Positions 15,630 through 23,523 of a stretch of 32,000 nucleotides of DNA are shown here, piece by piece. A program made the translations under genes and the position numbers. Origin of the DNA: Bellilinea caldifistulae (lineage in GTDB: Bacteria; Chloroflexota; Anaerolineae; Anaerolineales; Anaerolineaceae). The stretch lies in contig NZ_LGHJ01000013.1 in assembly GCF_001306055.1 (NCBI RefSeq), positions 186,265 through 218,264 on the forward strand. Direction: 5' to 3'. Each line of letters begins with the position of its first letter. Within the stretch, counting starts at the first letter, position 1. The notes under the pieces were generated by a model, which worked only from the letters and a program-made list of their open reading frames with translations, had not been told where the DNA came from and made no database searches.

Positions 15630-16880
15630 TTACGGCTCGGGTGTCGGGCTGGGGGTTGGCAGGCTGCCTTCGGCAACTTGCTGGCAAATATTGATGATTT
15701 CCTGCGCATTGGCGACCGAGACCTGCTCGATGGCCACCGTTTCCATCACGGCTCGGGCGATCAACAACGCCTCTCCGCATTGAGCCTGACGAGCTAACGC
15801 CAATCCGTAAATATAATAATATTCAGAGATCGGCCAGTACGAAAGCGGCAATCCCTCAACCACTTTTCCATCTTCGGTTGTACCTCCTTGTACCGCCAAA
15901 CGGAGGGCTTGAATGGCGCGCGGGTAGTCACCGCGCCGGTAATGCATCACCCCCAAGTTACCGTAGAGATACGGGTCAGTGGGGTTATTCTCAATGGCTT
16001 TTTCTGCATATTGAATTGCGCTGGCAAACTCGCCCTGGATGAAATAAGTACGGGAAAGATAAGTCAACGGCAGCGGGTCGGTCGGGTTGAGGGTGCTGGC
16101 ACTGGTAAAGGCGCGGATGGCTTTGGGGTAATCCCCCAATGCCCGGTAGTTCCTGCCAAGGTAGATATACAAATCGGAGATGTAGGGGTTTTGCGCAATG
16201 GCCGCTTCAAACTCGGCTACTGCTTCTTCGTAGTTGGTGGTAAATTCCAGCACCAGCCCCCGGGCGCGGTGAGTTTCCAGTGCATTTGGCGCCATGGACT
16301 GCGCCTTGCGTGAAAGCTCAATGGCGCGGTTCAGGGCATCGGGATCCCCGGCAGAGGACTGGGATTTCAACGCCAAAACCTCAGCCAGATAGGCGTATGG
16401 CACGGGGTTGTTCGGGTCGAGTTCAATCGCCTGATTGAGGGACGCTTCGGCATCCAGATAATTACCGCTCAAGCCCTGTGCGTATCCGCGTAACGCCAGT
16501 GCAGCAGCGTTGTTCGGGTTGATCACCAGCGCATTACCGGCGTTATCCACCGCCGCTTGATACTGGTTGGTGTACACCTGCAAGCGTGCAATATTCAGGT
16601 AAATGGTCGGATTATCCGAGTTGACCAGCAAAGCCGTCTGATACACCTGTATGGCTTGCTTGAACTTACCCTCGCGCACAAATTGTTCCGCCTCAGCCAG
16701 ATAGGACTCCGGCGAGCGGGTAGGGGTCGGCGTAGGCACAAACAACGGGGGGGTTTGCGGCACCACTACCTGATTGATATAAATTCCTCCGCCAATCAGC
16801 AACAATAAAATGATCACGGTCAGCGGGTTGGAAGTCCGCCGACGGCGGTTCATTCTTAATCTACTACCTCGTAAATACAT
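15630..16880 (-). CDS. Membrane-anchored tetratricopeptide-repeat protein (paralog 2)
   Basis: 416 aa. TM: LTVIILLLLIGGGIYI. The PTPTPTR linker is followed by about 9 TPR units (AI.VYQTALLVNSDNP, ..IELDPNNP..). I prefer the ATG at 16880 because a full promoter ends 7 nt upstream. The alternative is ATG 16853. Confidence 0.8.
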   Translation of the reverse strand: MYLRGSRLRMNRRRRTSNPLTVIILLLLIGGGIYINQVVVPQTPPLFVPTPTPTRSPESYLAEAEQFVREGKFKQAIQVYQTALLVNSDNPTIYLNIARLQVYTNQYQAAVDNAGNALVINPNNAAALALRGYAQGLSGNYLDAEASLNQAIELDPNNPVPYAYLAEVLALKSQSSAGDPDALNRAIELSRKAQSMAPNALETHRARGLVLEFTTNYEEAVAEFEAAIAQNPYISDLYIYLGRNYRALGDYPKAIRAFTSASTLNPTDPLPLTYLSRTYFIQGEFASAIQYAEKAIENNPTDPYLYGNLGVMHYRRGDYPRAIQALRLAVQGGTTEDGKVVEGLPLSYWPISEYYYIYGLALARQAQCGEALLIARAVMETVAIEQVSVANAQEIINICQQVAEGSLPTPSPTPEP

Positions 16881-16887
16881 ATCAGGG

Positions 16888-16917
16888 ATATTACCATCAG
16901 ATTTTAAGAAACGTCAA
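16888..16917 (-). promoter_or_regulatory. Promoter abutting the TPR-2 start codon (leaderless-type)
   Basis: The minus strand reads TTGACG-N15-TGGTAATAT-ccctgat-ATG(16880). The -35 and extended -10 are identical in sequence and spacing to the infC promoter. Confidence 0.55.
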
Positions 16918-16965
16918 GCGCTGGCGTTGAAGCTTTAAGGCCTGGTTAATCTTTCCGGTTTTGGC

Positions 16966-16994
16966 TTGCCTGCTTTCTCACCAACGGCTAAAAT
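16966..16994 (+). promoter_or_regulatory. Promoter abutting the trmD start codon (leaderless-type)
   Basis: TTGCCT (16966-16971), 17 nt, TAAAAT (16989-16994), then ggaagc and ATG(17001). No SD is present. Confidence 0.55.
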
Positions 16995-17000
16995 GGAAGC

Positions 17001-17753
17001 ATGCGTTTTGATGTTTTCAGCCTTTTCCCCGCGGTGATCCGCCCCTACCTCGAAATCAGCATCCTCCAGCGCGCCATTGAAAAAGGACTGCTGGAAGTCC
17101 ATCTCCATGACATCCGCTCGTTTACGACGGACCGACACCACATCACCGATGATGCCCCTTTTGGCGGCGGTGGCGGGATGGTCATGAAACCGGAACCGAT
17201 TTTTACCGCCGTGGAAAGCGTGCTGGGCAGCCCACCGGCCTGTCCGGTGATTTTGCTGACCCCTCAGGGCAGAACCTACACCCAGCAAGTGGCTGCCGAA
17301 CTGGCTGCCTATCCTCACCTTGCCCTGTTGTGCGGACGATATGAGGGGATTGACGAACGAGTCCGCGAACATCTGGTCACCGATGAAATTTCCATCGGCG
17401 ATTATGTGCTGACCGGTGGTGAACTGCCCGCCCTGATTCTGATCGACTCGATCACCCGCCTGATTCCCGGCGCGTTGGGCGACCCGGACGGCGCACAGGA
17501 TGATTCCTTTGCCAGCGGTCTGCTGGAATATCCGCATTACACCCGCCCGGCAGAATTTCGCGGCTGGCGCGTGCCGGAGGTGCTGCTTTCCGGCAACCAC
17601 GCCGAGATTGCCCGCTGGCGGCGTCAGCAAGCCCTATTGCGTACGTGGAAACGCCGCCCCGACCTGCTGGAAAAAGCCGATTTATCGGATAGCGACCGCC
17701 GGTTTCTGGCATCCCTTACAGACGAAAAAACCGACCAATCCCCCTCAACCTGA
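17001..17753 (+). CDS. trmD: tRNA (guanine37-N1)-methyltransferase
   Basis: 250 aa: [60 protein letters not shown]...[10 protein letters not shown]...[16 protein letters not shown]. These are the canonical TrmD motifs. Confidence 0.95.
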   Translation: MRFDVFSLFPAVIRPYLEISILQRAIEKGLLEVHLHDIRSFTTDRHHITDDAPFGGGGGMVMKPEPIFTAVESVLGSPPACPVILLTPQGRTYTQQVAAELAAYPHLALLCGRYEGIDERVREHLVTDEISIGDYVLTGGELPALILIDSITRLIPGALGDPDGAQDDSFASGLLEYPHYTRPAEFRGWRVPEVLLSGNHAEIARWRRQQALLRTWKRRPDLLEKADLSDSDRRFLASLTDEKTDQSPST

Positions 17754-17788
17754 GGTACAAATCCATCTTTCATTCAAGAGGTGCTTTC

Positions 17789-19048
17789 ATGACTCCCCGT
17801 TTCAGTTTCGGTAAAACCTTTCTGCTGGGATTTGGTTTTTTTGGCGTCAGCGTGATTTGGAGTGTGTATAACGCTTACGTCCCCATTTTTCTGGCCAACC
17901 GTTTCAATCTGGCACCCGCTCTGATCGGCTTTTTCATGACGCTGGATAACATTGCCGCCCTGTTGATTCAGCCGCCCATTGGAGCGTGGTCAGACCGTCT
18001 GCGCACTCCCATTGGACGGCGCATGCCCTTCATTCTGGTCGGCGCGCCGATTGGCGCGGTGGCTTTCGGTTTGATTCCGTTGCAGACCCTTCTGCCGTTG
18101 TTTGTTGCCTGTACCAGCACTTTGCTGCTCAGCATGGCATTGTGGCGCACACCGGTGGTGGCGCTCATGCCAGACATCACCCCATCCCAGTACCGCTCGC
18201 AGGCAAACGGCATCATCAATTTCATGGGCGGGGTCGGCGCCATCATCGCCTTTTTATTCGGGGCAACGCTGTACGAGATGAATCCGGCTTACCCGTTCTG
18301 GCTGGGCTCGGCACTGGTCATTCTGGCGACACTGATGGTGTTCATCTTCATCCGGGAGCCAAAAGAGTACGAAGTCACCGATAAAACCGAACCCAATTTG
18401 CTGGTCAGCCTGCAAAAGGTCATCCGGGAGGAGGAAAAATCCCCCCTGCGCATCCTGCTGGCAATTTTCTTCTGGTTTGTGGCCTACAACGCCATTGAAG
18501 CCTTTTTCACCCTCTACTCGGTCAATCATCTTGGGCTGTCCGAATCGGATGGCGCTCGATTGCTGGGGCAGCTTTCGCTCTTCTTTGTCATCATGGCCCT
18601 GCCGGCCGGTCTGATCGGCGGGCGAATCGGGCGGCGGCGTACGATTATGACCGGGATTGTGCTGCTGGCTTCCTGCATGCTGGCAATGTTTTTCGTCCCT
18701 GCGGATGTTCTGACCATCTCACTTGCCCGGCTGCCCGTCCTGGGTAATGTCCCCGTGGTTGGCACCATTCTCATGCTGGCCGGCGTTTCGTGGGCATTGA
18801 TCAACATCAACTCGCTGCCGATGGTAGTGGACATGACCGATGACTTGCACATCGGCACCTACACGGGCTTGTATTATCTCTTTTCAACCATGGCGGCCAT
18901 CCTTGGTCCGAATCTCAACGGCATCATCATCCAGTTGAGCGGTTCGAATTATGCACTGGTCATGCTTTTCGGTCCGCTTTTCATGTTGCTGGCCTTGATC
19001 ATGATGCTGGGTGTTCGGCGCGGTGAAGCCAAAACCCGGACTTCTTGA
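17789..19048 (+). CDS. MFS transporter, substrate unknown
   Basis: 419 aa with about 12 hydrophobic segments. The MFS motif-A-like GAWSDRLRTPIGRRMPF lies after TM2. An AGAGGTG SD is present. The gene starts 35 nt after the trmD stop. Confidence 0.85.
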   Translation: MTPRFSFGKTFLLGFGFFGVSVIWSVYNAYVPIFLANRFNLAPALIGFFMTLDNIAALLIQPPIGAWSDRLRTPIGRRMPFILVGAPIGAVAFGLIPLQTLLPLFVACTSTLLLSMALWRTPVVALMPDITPSQYRSQANGIINFMGGVGAIIAFLFGATLYEMNPAYPFWLGSALVILATLMVFIFIREPKEYEVTDKTEPNLLVSLQKVIREEEKSPLRILLAIFFWFVAYNAIEAFFTLYSVNHLGLSESDGARLLGQLSLFFVIMALPAGLIGGRIGRRRTIMTGIVLLASCMLAMFFVPADVLTISLARLPVLGNVPVVGTILMLAGVSWALININSLPMVVDMTDDLHIGTYTGLYYLFSTMAAILGPNLNGIIIQLSGSNYALVMLFGPLFMLLALIMMLGVRRGEAKTRTS

Positions 19049-19061
19049 ACGGAAAACAGGT

Positions 19062-19087
19062 GTCAAGTGTCAACTTGTCATCTTTTC
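19062..19087 (+). terminator. Weak terminator candidate after the MFS gene
   Basis: TGTCAAGT-gtca-ACTTGTCA (7 of 8 pairs) is followed by TCTTTT. It overlaps the -35 of the next promoter. Confidence 0.4.
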
Positions 19088-19104
19088 CAAAGCGTTGTAT
19101 ACTT
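19076..19104 (+). promoter_or_regulatory. Promoter of the BMP-family lipoprotein gene
   Basis: TTGTCA (19076-19081), 17 nt, TATACT (19099-19104). This leaves a 5' UTR of about 85 nt. Confidence 0.55.
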
Positions 19105-19194
19105 GAAGCAAGTTGCGGGGGTTTTCTGAAACCCACCCATCGCAACCGAGTCGTCCCCAAATTCCAATCCTAATTTTTTGGAGGAGAAAAACAC

Positions 19195-20241
19195 ATGTTC
19201 AAAAAGCTCTACCTTGTTGTAGCAGTGTTGATCATTGCCAGCATGGCGCTTTCCGCCTGCCAGCAAGCAGCAACACCCGCCCCCCAGGAACCGGCTGCAC
19301 CGAAAATCAAGGTCTGCCAGGTCACCGACACCGGCGGTATTGATGACAAATCCTTCAATGCCACCGCCTGGAAGGGTGTTGAAGACGCCATGAAGGAATT
19401 GGGCGTCGAAGGTAAATATCTGGAATCCCAGCAACAGACCGACTATGAAAAGAACATCAATGCCTTCATCGAAGATGGCTGCGATCTGATCGTCACGGTC
19501 GGCTTCCTGCTGGGTGATGCCACCAAAGCTGCCGCCGAAGCCAACCCCAATCAGAAATTCGCCATTGTGGACTTCGCCTACGATCCGACGATCCCCAACG
19601 TGCTCGGCTTGACCTTTGCAACCGATCAGGCTGCTTTCCTGGCGGGTTACGCCGCTGCCGGCGCTACCAAGACCGGTAAAGTGGGTACTTTCGGTGGTAT
19701 CCAGATCCCGCCGGTAACCGTCTTCATGGACGGCTTCGCCCTGGGCGTCAAATACTACAACGAAAAACACGGTACCAACGTGGAAGTCCTCGGTTGGGAC
19801 GTCGCCAATCAGACTGGCCTCTTCACCGGCAACTTCGAAAGCACTGATGACGGCCGCCAGCTGGGTCAAACCCTGATGGACGAAGGTGCCGACATCATCA
19901 TGCCGGTAGCCGGCCCGGTTGGGTTGGGTACTGCCGCTGCCGTCCAGGAACGCGGTAACGCCTGGATCATCGGTGTGGATACCGACTGGACGATCAGCGC
20001 TTCGCAGTTCACCGATGTGATCTTCACCTCGGTGTTGAAGCGAATGGACAATGCCGTGTTTGAAGCTGCCAAAGAAGTTGTGGAAGGCACCTTCAAAGGC
20101 GGTCTGTATGTCGGCACGCTGGCGAATGACGGCGTGGGCATCCCCGAATTCCTGGCCGGCCGCATCTCCGACGACCTGAAGGCCGAACTTGAACAGGTCA
20201 AGGCCGATATCATCGCCGGCAAGATCAAGACAACCCCCTAA
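19195..20241 (+). CDS. BMP-family (PnrA/Med-like) ABC-transporter substrate-binding lipoprotein
   Basis: Lipobox MALSAC followed by a Pro-rich linker. KVCQVTDTGGIDDKSFNATAWKGVEDA...GCDLIVTVGF...IVDF...GTFGGIQIPPV..F..GF is the BMP-family pattern. A GGAGGAG SD is present. Confidence 0.9.
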   Translation: MFKKLYLVVAVLIIASMALSACQQAATPAPQEPAAPKIKVCQVTDTGGIDDKSFNATAWKGVEDAMKELGVEGKYLESQQQTDYEKNINAFIEDGCDLIVTVGFLLGDATKAAAEANPNQKFAIVDFAYDPTIPNVLGLTFATDQAAFLAGYAAAGATKTGKVGTFGGIQIPPVTVFMDGFALGVKYYNEKHGTNVEVLGWDVANQTGLFTGNFESTDDGRQLGQTLMDEGADIIMPVAGPVGLGTAAAVQERGNAWIIGVDTDWTISASQFTDVIFTSVLKRMDNAVFEAAKEVVEGTFKGGLYVGTLANDGVGIPEFLAGRISDDLKAELEQVKADIIAGKIKTTP

Positions 20242-20270
20242 TTCTCATCACCATACCCCATAACAAAGAA

Positions 20271-20304
20271 GGGCTGGCTTATGAAAGCCAGCCCCGATTT
20301 TTTT
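20271..20304. terminator. Strong bidirectional rho-independent terminator
   Basis: GGGCTGGCTT-atga-AAGCCAGCCC forms a 10-bp stem. It is followed by cgaTTTTTTT on + and TTCTTTGTT on -. It lies between convergent genes. Confidence 0.8.
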
Positions 20305-20315
20305 ATTCCACAAGA

Positions 20316-20624
20316 TTACTCCGCGCGACTTACGCGCCGGCCTTTCTGGCGCGGGGCGGTCTTGGGGTTAATCCGCCGCTGACGCACGGTCGTCTTGCCG
20401 GCATTGGGGCTCAGGATCAGAGACAATTGATTGAGGGCATTCAGGTCATATTCCCGCCGGCCACACACATCACATACCCACGCCGGAAAATCCGGCACGG
20501 TGATCAAATCCTCACCCAGCCAGGTGTAATATACCACCCGCGTGCGGTGCATCTGGCCTGCCTGACATTCGCTGCAGGGGATGAAAAATTCAGAGGGGAG
20601 CATTCTATTGCGGTCAAACTTCAT
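20316..20624 (-). CDS. YgiT-type (MqsA N-terminal-like) zinc-finger protein with a basic C-terminal tail
   Basis: 102 aa: CSEC..(x)..VVYYTWLGEDLITVPDFPAWVCDVCGRREYD has a CxxC...CxxC layout typical of the YgiT zinc-finger domain. The tail is RQRRINPKTAPRQKGRRVSR. The ATG overlaps the lepB stop as ATGA. Confidence 0.7.
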   Translation of the reverse strand: MKFDRNRMLPSEFFIPCSECQAGQMHRTRVVYYTWLGEDLITVPDFPAWVCDVCGRREYDLNALNQLSLILSPNAGKTTVRQRRINPKTAPRQKGRRVSRAE

Positions 20625-21217
20625 GGCTGATTCTTCGCAATCACGGTAATTTGGGTGGTCAATACCTTCATCTCTTCCAATGGCCAGTATACCACGAATG
20701 CCTTGCCAACGATATTTTCAACCGGAACAAATCCCCAGGTATGCGAATCCGAGGACTGATTGCGGTTGTCACCCAGCACAAAAACCTTTCCTTCTGGCAC
20801 CTGCCAGGAACCGGTGTACATGGGCGGAGCGTTGATATAGGGTTCCTTCAGAGGATATCCATTGACTTTCACCAATCCGTCGGCGATCTCCACAACATCA
20901 CCGGGCAAACCAATCACCCGTTTGATGTAGTCCTCCTGCGGGCTGTAATGAAAGACAACTATATCCCCCCGTTTGATTTCACCGAAACGGTAGGCCAGTT
21001 TATGCACCAGCACAAATTCACCCGGTTTGAGAGTCGGCTGCATGCTGATATTTTCGACTCGCACGCGCGCCACTACTGCGTCAATCGCAAAATACAACAC
21101 AAACGCCAATAGCAGCGTTTGGAAAATCTCCCCCAATGACTTCAACCAGGAAGAGGTCTTTTTTTCGCCAGTTTCGGGCGCTATTCCTTCACGCGGTTCA
21201 GGAATTGAAGATTGCAC
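20621..21217 (-). CDS. lepB: Signal peptidase I
   Basis: 198 aa. N-terminal TM, then ENISMQPTL (catalytic Ser box), GDIVVF, YIKRVIGLPGD (Lys box) and VLGDNRNQSSDSHTWGFV. GTG start 8 nt after GGAG. Confidence 0.92.
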   Translation of the reverse strand: MQSSIPEPREGIAPETGEKKTSSWLKSLGEIFQTLLLAFVLYFAIDAVVARVRVENISMQPTLKPGEFVLVHKLAYRFGEIKRGDIVVFHYSPQEDYIKRVIGLPGDVVEIADGLVKVNGYPLKEPYINAPPMYTGSWQVPEGKVFVLGDNRNQSSDSHTWGFVPVENIVGKAFVVYWPLEEMKVLTTQITVIAKNQP

Positions 21218-21274
21218 CGATCTCGCTCCACACCGATAACTTGATTGGAAAACTTCTTATCATGATCTTTGTTG

Positions 21275-21303
21275 ATTATATGCCTGCCATCCAAAAGCGG
21301 CAA
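21275..21303 (-). promoter_or_regulatory. lepB promoter
   Basis: The minus strand reads TTGCCG (21303-21298), 17 nt, TATAAT (21280-21275). The -35 begins 4 nt after the upstream gene's stop. Confidence 0.55.
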
Positions 21304-21306
21304 GGA

Positions 21307-22227
21307 TTAATCCCTACGCAAGCGAACCCCACAGGCTCGGCAGAAAATATCACCGCTTTCAGCCCGCCGCCCGCATTGATGACAATATACCACACTGCTG
21401 GTTTCTTCCATCACGCTTACCGCTGGCGAGCGTTTGTGGCGGTAACGCCGAGTGGACGGACTGGCTTCCCGGTCACGCCGGATAAAAAACCAAGAAACCA
21501 GCACGACCAGTAAAACCCCGCCAACCACCAGAATAAATACCGGTAGAAGCCCGGAGGCCGAAGTTCGTCCAGGCGTGGTTTCATCCAGCGGCTGGGCCGG
21601 CTGAACCGGCAACATCCCCACCGAAAGCGAATCGTCGGCTTTTTCATAGCGCACATTGACTTTAAAGGTAGTGCCGGCATCCACTTTGCCCACCGGATTG
21701 GTAAAGTAGATAAAGCCATCACTAAGCCGCTGTCCGCCATCGAAACCGGGGTAAGCCTGCATTTTTTCGGCATTAGCCGGCTGCTGAACCGAAACAACCA
21801 GATTTTGAACGCTGAAATCGCCATTCCACTCATAGGTAAATTTTCTCAGCTGGCCTTCGCGTTCCAAACGAGGATCGTAGTACTCGACCTGCAAATTCGC
21901 CGAGGGGGTTGTAAAGTTGATCTGCAGCCAGTCACCGCGGACTTCGGTCGTGTAGGTCAGGTTATACAGCAAGCCGTCCACATCCTCCCATGCCACATTA
22001 TACGGTGCGCCGGCCGCGCGGGGAAGGCGCAGGCTGATCTGAGCCGGCAGACTGACACTGGCTGCCAGAGTGAGCCGGTAAATCACCAGCACATCCGGCC
22101 GGTCAAACTCCGGTAGAATTTGAATCACCACACTATCCAGGGGTGTGTTACTCTGAGCCTGTACGGGTTGAGTGATCCACAACCCCAATAAAGCGATGAG
22201 GAGAATACCCTTCCGAAAAACCGACAT
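21307..22227 (-). CDS. Exported single-pass membrane protein with a cytoplasmic C-terminal zinc ribbon, function unknown
   Basis: Signal peptide MSVFRKGILLIALLGLWITQPVQA. A beta-rich ectodomain of about 210 aa follows. TM: LLPVFILVVGGVLLVVLVSWFFI followed by RRDRE. The C-terminus is YCHQCGRRAESGDIFCRACG. I prefer ATG 22227 over the TTG at 22230. Confidence 0.7.
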   Translation of the reverse strand: MSVFRKGILLIALLGLWITQPVQAQSNTPLDSVVIQILPEFDRPDVLVIYRLTLAASVSLPAQISLRLPRAAGAPYNVAWEDVDGLLYNLTYTTEVRGDWLQINFTTPSANLQVEYYDPRLEREGQLRKFTYEWNGDFSVQNLVVSVQQPANAEKMQAYPGFDGGQRLSDGFIYFTNPVGKVDAGTTFKVNVRYEKADDSLSVGMLPVQPAQPLDETTPGRTSASGLLPVFILVVGGVLLVVLVSWFFIRRDREASPSTRRYRHKRSPAVSVMEETSSVVYCHQCGRRAESGDIFCRACGVRLRRD

Positions 22228-22281
22228 CAAAGCCGTTCCTTCTTTGAAATATGGGTTATCTTACCATAATCTGTTCTTTTT

Positions 22282-23256
22282 TTGAAATCGCAGCACCTCA
22301 AAATCGAGTATAATTTTGAGGACTGGACAGGAAAGGAAGCAAGACCCTTGCGCCGAAGACGAACGGTCGAAGAACTCAGTGTCGAAGAGTTGAGGCAAAT
22401 ACTGGTGGAAAAGCGCCGGGCCGAACGCGAACAACGGCTGGAGCGCTTCCGCCGTACTGGCAGGGTGGTGCGGGTTGAACCTCAACCGAATGTTTCGGCA
22501 TTCCAGTCCATCCAGCCGTTTGACGAGGTGGAAAGCGACTTTGAGCAGGCATCTCCCCGCCGTAAATCCAACCGCTGGTTGGATCGTCTATTGCTTTTCG
22601 TAGAAATTGCAGCGGTACTGGGACTGGCATTTGTGCTGCTCAACGGCATGAATCTGATTCGTAGTCTCAATCAAGAAGTGGCAGCCGCTTTGCAGCAGCC
22701 GACCTTCACCCCCACTCCGCTCATTCAGGCAGTGGTGCTGCCCTCCGGTCATACCCCGCCCAACTCGCCGGGCGGGGTACGCCCCAACGACGCCGAAATC
22801 CCCGAACACCTGCGTCCGCTGGTACAGACCTTTGCCAGCCTGCCGGTCCCCACTCCCAGCCCGGAACAAGCCGTCCGCATCCAGATCCCTGCCATTGGCG
22901 TGGATGCACCAGTCGTACAGGGAGACGGCTGGGAACAACTCAAAAAAGGGGTTGGCACAATGATTGGCTCACCCAATCCGGGGCAGAAGGGCAATCTGGT
23001 GCTTTCAGCCCATAACGATGTCTTCGGTGAAATCTTTCGGGATTTAGACAAACTCAAAAAAGGCGACGAAATCATCATTTACACCAGCCAGCGGGCATTC
23101 GTCTATGTAGTCCAGCAATCTCAAATTGTGGAACCAACCCGTGTTGAGGTACTTGCTCCTACTCGCGAGGCAGTGGTCACGTTGATTTCCTGTTACCCAT
23201 ACATGGTAGATACCCAGCGGATTGTAGTGACCGCTAATTTTGTCGAACAAAGATAA
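22282..23256 (+). CDS. Sortase-family transpeptidase (membrane-anchored); start codon uncertain
   Basis: The catalytic domain has His in NLVLSAHND, Cys in VTLISCYP (TLxTC-type) and Arg in QRIVVTA. TM: LLLFVEIAAVLGLAFVLL. The longest ORF starts at TTG 22282. TTG 22348 has a better SD (GGAAAGGAAG 8 nt upstream). Confidence 0.85.
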   Translation: MKSQHLKIEYNFEDWTGKEARPLRRRRTVEELSVEELRQILVEKRRAEREQRLERFRRTGRVVRVEPQPNVSAFQSIQPFDEVESDFEQASPRRKSNRWLDRLLLFVEIAAVLGLAFVLLNGMNLIRSLNQEVAAALQQPTFTPTPLIQAVVLPSGHTPPNSPGGVRPNDAEIPEHLRPLVQTFASLPVPTPSPEQAVRIQIPAIGVDAPVVQGDGWEQLKKGVGTMIGSPNPGQKGNLVLSAHNDVFGEIFRDLDKLKKGDEIIIYTSQRAFVYVVQQSQIVEPTRVEVLAPTREAVVTLISCYPYMVDTQRIVVTANFVEQR

Positions 23257-23279
23257 AAAATTTTAATGAGGAGTTTTGA

Positions 23280-23492
23280 ATGAGCAAGAAACAAAAACGC
23301 CGCGTTTCATCCAGCGAATCCATCAGTCGCGAAAGTCCTGCCAAAAGCAGCCAGGCTCCTACCGGGCGCTACTCAGCCAGCGCCGAGTTCAACCCGGATT
23401 ACACCCCAATCATCAAGGACTTAAAACGAATCGGTGTTCTGGCCGGTTCTTTTATCGCGCTCCTGATAGTTTTGTCTTTCTTTTTGCGTTAG
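23280..23492 (+). CDS. Small basic tail-anchored membrane protein, function unknown
   Basis: 70 aa: MSKKQKRRVSSSE... with a C-terminal TM IGVLAGSFIALLIVLSFFL-R. A GAGGAG SD lies 6 nt upstream. I prefer it over the overlapping 73-aa frame, which has no SD and no TM. Confidence 0.55.
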   Translation: MSKKQKRRVSSSESISRESPAKSSQAPTGRYSASAEFNPDYTPIIKDLKRIGVLAGSFIALLIVLSFFLR

Positions 23493-23523
23493 GTTGACCG
23501 GACAGCCAAAGGTACCCCGTAAC

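Noticed and set aside
19061-19081. Apparent direct repeats GTGTCAA-GTGTCAA-CTTGTCA that looked like transcription-factor sites
   Set aside because: They are more simply explained as the two arms of a terminator-like hairpin after the MFS gene plus the TTGTCA -35 of the next promoter.
23276-23497. 73-aa ORF overlapping the 70-aa small membrane protein gene in another frame
   Set aside because: It starts at a TTG with no usable SD spacing, and its product has no TM or other features. The 70-aa frame has a GAGGAG SD at ideal spacing and a clear C-terminal TM.
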